From Podarcis vaucheri (Eukaryota): a stretch of 64,000 nucleotides of DNA. The notes under the pieces were generated by a model. The model was not told the origin of the DNA. It saw only the letters and a program-made list of their open reading frames with translations, and searched no databases. The DNA is taken from the NCBI GenBank assembly GCA_965113315.1, contig OZ220368.1. The stretch is one strand, 5' to 3'. The translations under genes and the position numbers were made by a program. Shown here piece by piece: positions 60,824-64,000 of the stretch; position 1 is the stretch's first letter, and the number at the start of each line of letters is the position of its first letter.

Positions 60824-61245
60824 CAAGATTGGGGTTGATGTATAAATGGATACTTGTAATATCAGCATTATCATTTGCAGTTCTTGGAAAAGGTTCTTCT
60901 CCTTTTGTCTTTGTAACAAAGCACAGAAAGATGCAATGTCATTTTGCTGTTGAACTTTGTGGTTCTTTATAGGTTTGTATGATCACACAAGTGATAATTT
61001 TAAAAAGTACCATTGCTAACTTGATGTTGGGGAGTCTCATGTTTACCTTATTCAAGGAGCTTCAGACCCCAGATGGTAGTGAAACAATTGTAATTGGAAA
61101 AACTTCCTGTGTGCTCATTCATGTAGTTCCCAGGCAAAGGAATAGTGAACATCCTTCTTGCTCATGCTGGGGTTGTTTCAAGGAATCTTTACAAATAATT
61201 GAGAAGATTTTATGTAAACCTGATGGGAAAGTGTCAATATTAGTA

Positions 61246-61496
61246 CAGTGGTACCTTGGTTGTTGAACAGCTTGGCTCCCGAACAAATCAGCTCCCAAAT
61301 GCCACAAACCTGGAAGCTAGTGTTCCAGTTTGTGAACGTTTTTTGGAAGCCAAACGTTCAACGCGGCTTCTGTGGCTTCTGATTGAGTGCAGGAAGCTCC
61401 TGCAGCCAATTGGAAGCTGTGTCTTGGTTTTCAAATGGTTCTGGGAGTTGAACAGACTCCCAGAAAGGATTGAGTTTGACAACCAAGATACCACTG
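61246..61496. mobile_element. Tc1/mariner (pogo/Tigger-like) MITE
   Basis: TA|CAGTGGTACCTTGGTTGT...ACAACCAAGATACCACTG|TA. Confidence 0.87.
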
Positions 61497-61587
61497 TACT
61501 TGGGCTTTGGTCATGGTCGCTTAGCGTTTTGTCATTGCCATTGTTGGGTTCCTCCCAGTTTGGTCGTGCTCTTCACATAAAAACATG

Positions 61588-61770
61588 GAAAGAACATAGT
61601 AGGGGCTTGCTGGATCAGATCAATGGCCCATCTAGTCCATCTTCCTGTTCTTATAGTGGCCAACCAAATGCTTATAGGAAGCCCATAAGCAGAAGCTGAG
61701 CACAATGGCACCCCCCCCCCACAACCCCACCATATCTGTTTGCTCAACATTATTGGCTGGATGTGGCCTT
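61588..61770 (-). mobile_element. Old CR1-type 3' end fragment
   Basis: AAGAACATAG tail, GCTGGATCAGA.CAATGGCCCATCTAGTCCA...TGTTCT..AGTGGCCAACCA. Confidence 0.55.
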
Positions 61771-64000
61771 CTAATACTTTTTGGGCCTCAAGAGACCTCT
61801 GCCATTTTTGTTTGTAGTGGTTTCTCCAGCAGCGGCAGGAATCTGAGAAGTAAAATGGGAGTCTCAAGTAAGTGAGAGCTCCAGCACAGTTGAGGTATGG
61901 CTGTGGGTGCATAAGATTTGTTGAGCTTCCAAAGGGTCCTGCAGTTTTTCTTGGAGTCTCTGTGCCTCCAAGGTCCTAGCCCAACACTTTTAACTACTCT
62001 GACACCATTGAGCTCAGAACTGCAAGTAAGTGCTACTGAACTGCAAAGCCAGCCCTAGTTTCTGAGTGTAGATCTCTCCTTGTCTCCTGCCATATATGAG
62101 CAGCATTGTTCCAGGGTGTGGCTAGAACAAAGAAGTCCCTGGCTTCCTCTGTGATTAAGAGCGGGACATACTTATGCACACATCCATCCTGAACATGACA
62201 GGTTCTAATGGACCATGGTATAATGAATACTCCGGCTAGCCTCAGCACTAGTTCTCAACCTGCACCCATTGATTCTGCTCTGACACAAAATCCATTAGGG
62301 ACCCTGATGTACTGCGAGAAGAAATAAGTGTGTCAGAGTGCAGCCATACACAGTGGCTACTTCAGCTCTGATTTATAGTGACTCTTTCTGCTGTTACTTT
62401 CCTCAGTAGTTGCAGATTCCTATGGAATAATCCCTGCTAAGCTTCTTGAGTCGCCATGTCTCAGGAGGAACAGCGGGGAGGCTGACATCTATCTTATGGA
62501 CCTTATGGAGAGAGAAAAATGCATTTTTAAAAATAATAAATAAATAAATAGAAATCTCTGGTTATCTAAAAAAAGACCCTGCATTTTTACATTGACCAAC
62601 AAGGACTACTGTGCCTTTGCAGCTCAAGCGTACAGGTGTGATGATACTGGAAGGAAATGCAGCAGTTGCAAACCGATTCATTCAGGGCAATGAAGTGCTC
62701 CTCAAACTTACTATACATTGGACATTCAATGCCCTAATGCCTGTTCTGCTAACAGGCAGTGACCCCTTGTCTAGAATGTCAATGTCTTTGTGGATCTAAG
62801 GAAAAAAAATATGATCCATATTTTATTATTTCCAATATAATTCTTATGGGAATTTTTACTGTGGTGACTGTACTCTGCCTCTGTGGTGGGAATGCTTCTG
62901 AATACTGCATAATGCTTCTGTTTTGTATAAAGACACAGGAATGAGACCTGTATCTGCATAAACAGACTCTTAAGCAGTTGTAGGCATGATCTGCCAAAGA
63001 AAATAGTTGCTGAGTTTTCTGTTCATTCTGATTCGGAAAAATGCTTCTTGAGAGACTGGTTTCATTTTGAAAATGAAAGCTCATTGCAGATTGATTCTGC
63101 ATGACAAGCTTACAGTGTGTCCATTTGAAAATGGTTTAGGTGGTCCAGGCAATGTGGGTATGGGCATAGCCAGGATTTATTGGGGGGGGCAGGCTTTATG
63201 TGTGGGGGGGCAGAATCGAGTTATCTGTGACAGAATTGTTCAGTTACCGGTAGTTAAGATGAAATGGTATAGTATAGCAAGATTGAAGTCACCACTTCCT
63301 TCATCATTCACTTGCTGGGAGAAATCAAGGGATTCAAATGCACCTAAAGTAACTACACACATCTTTCTGGAAAGTAGGATCTGGAACTAATCCAAATTGA
63401 AAGCAACATGATAAGGATGAGACTGAATGATTCTGCATTGAGAAAAATGACATTTTTGTGCTACAAACAGCTTAGTATGCATGCAGTCATAGAGTAAAGA
63501 CAAAAATCCACATTTAACAAGAGGAAGCTGGCCAGATGCATACAAGACTTTGTAGGCTGAAATCTACATGACATGATTACATCCCACCTCTATAAACTGT
63601 TTTATCCCGCTTGAAATCATTCATTTGTGTTCAGTTGCATTGTGCTGACTTATAATGGGATTCAGTAAGCAATGGTGATACCTTCAGTTCATTGCTTCCC
63701 CATTTTCCAGTTCCTTTGGTTTTTTTGTTTTAAATATTCAGTGGAAAGGAAAATGTGATGCTTATTTTTAGAACTAATTCCTTATTAATACTTTTTTAAA
63801 ACAACAGCAATCCAAGCAAGTAAACATTTTGCCCAGGGCTGTAAGCCATTAGGAACTGCCAAACAGCAAATGGCACGAGAAAGCAGTCACTGAACAGAAA
63901 CAGGCTTCAATTAATAGAGCACCCCTGCTGCCAGGGCAAACTTTCACTACTGCAAGTGGGGAAAATTATTTATTAAGCATTCACGGTGAATCTGGAAATG

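Noticed and set aside
42600-64000. Neighbouring gene expected from mammalian synteny (INKA2/FAM212B, opposite strand)
   Set aside because: No ORF resembling it in the six-frame track; it probably lies beyond the window. Small or UTR exons cannot be excluded.

Overview
Vertebrate genomic DNA, almost certainly a squamate. The Sauria SINE and MITE repertoire point to a lacertid lizard. The window holds the complete coding region of RAP1A on the + strand: six coding exons, join(17121..17177,25327..25395,27368..27424,28473..28613,32817..32960,39106..39192), giving 184 aa ending in the CAAX motif CLLL. A separate 3'-UTR exon starts at 41218. The first (non-coding) exon and promoter are not visible and presumably lie upstream, so 1..17093 is probably intron 1. 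No other protein-coding gene is supported; the remaining ORFs are chance or transposon-derived. The rest is a dense mosaic of CR1, L2, L1-like and Penelope remnants, tRNA- and 5S-derived SINEs, Tc1/mariner (pogo/Tigger-like) MITEs with TA duplications and hAT MITEs with 8-bp duplications, plus microsatellites and two N gaps. The most notable observation is that four different hAT MITEs have inserted at the same homologous 8-bp site (GTGTAGAC) in three separate copies of one SINE family, including a double hit with a triplicated target site. I found no convincing novel protein-coding system. Family names come from recall of consensus sequences, not from a database search.
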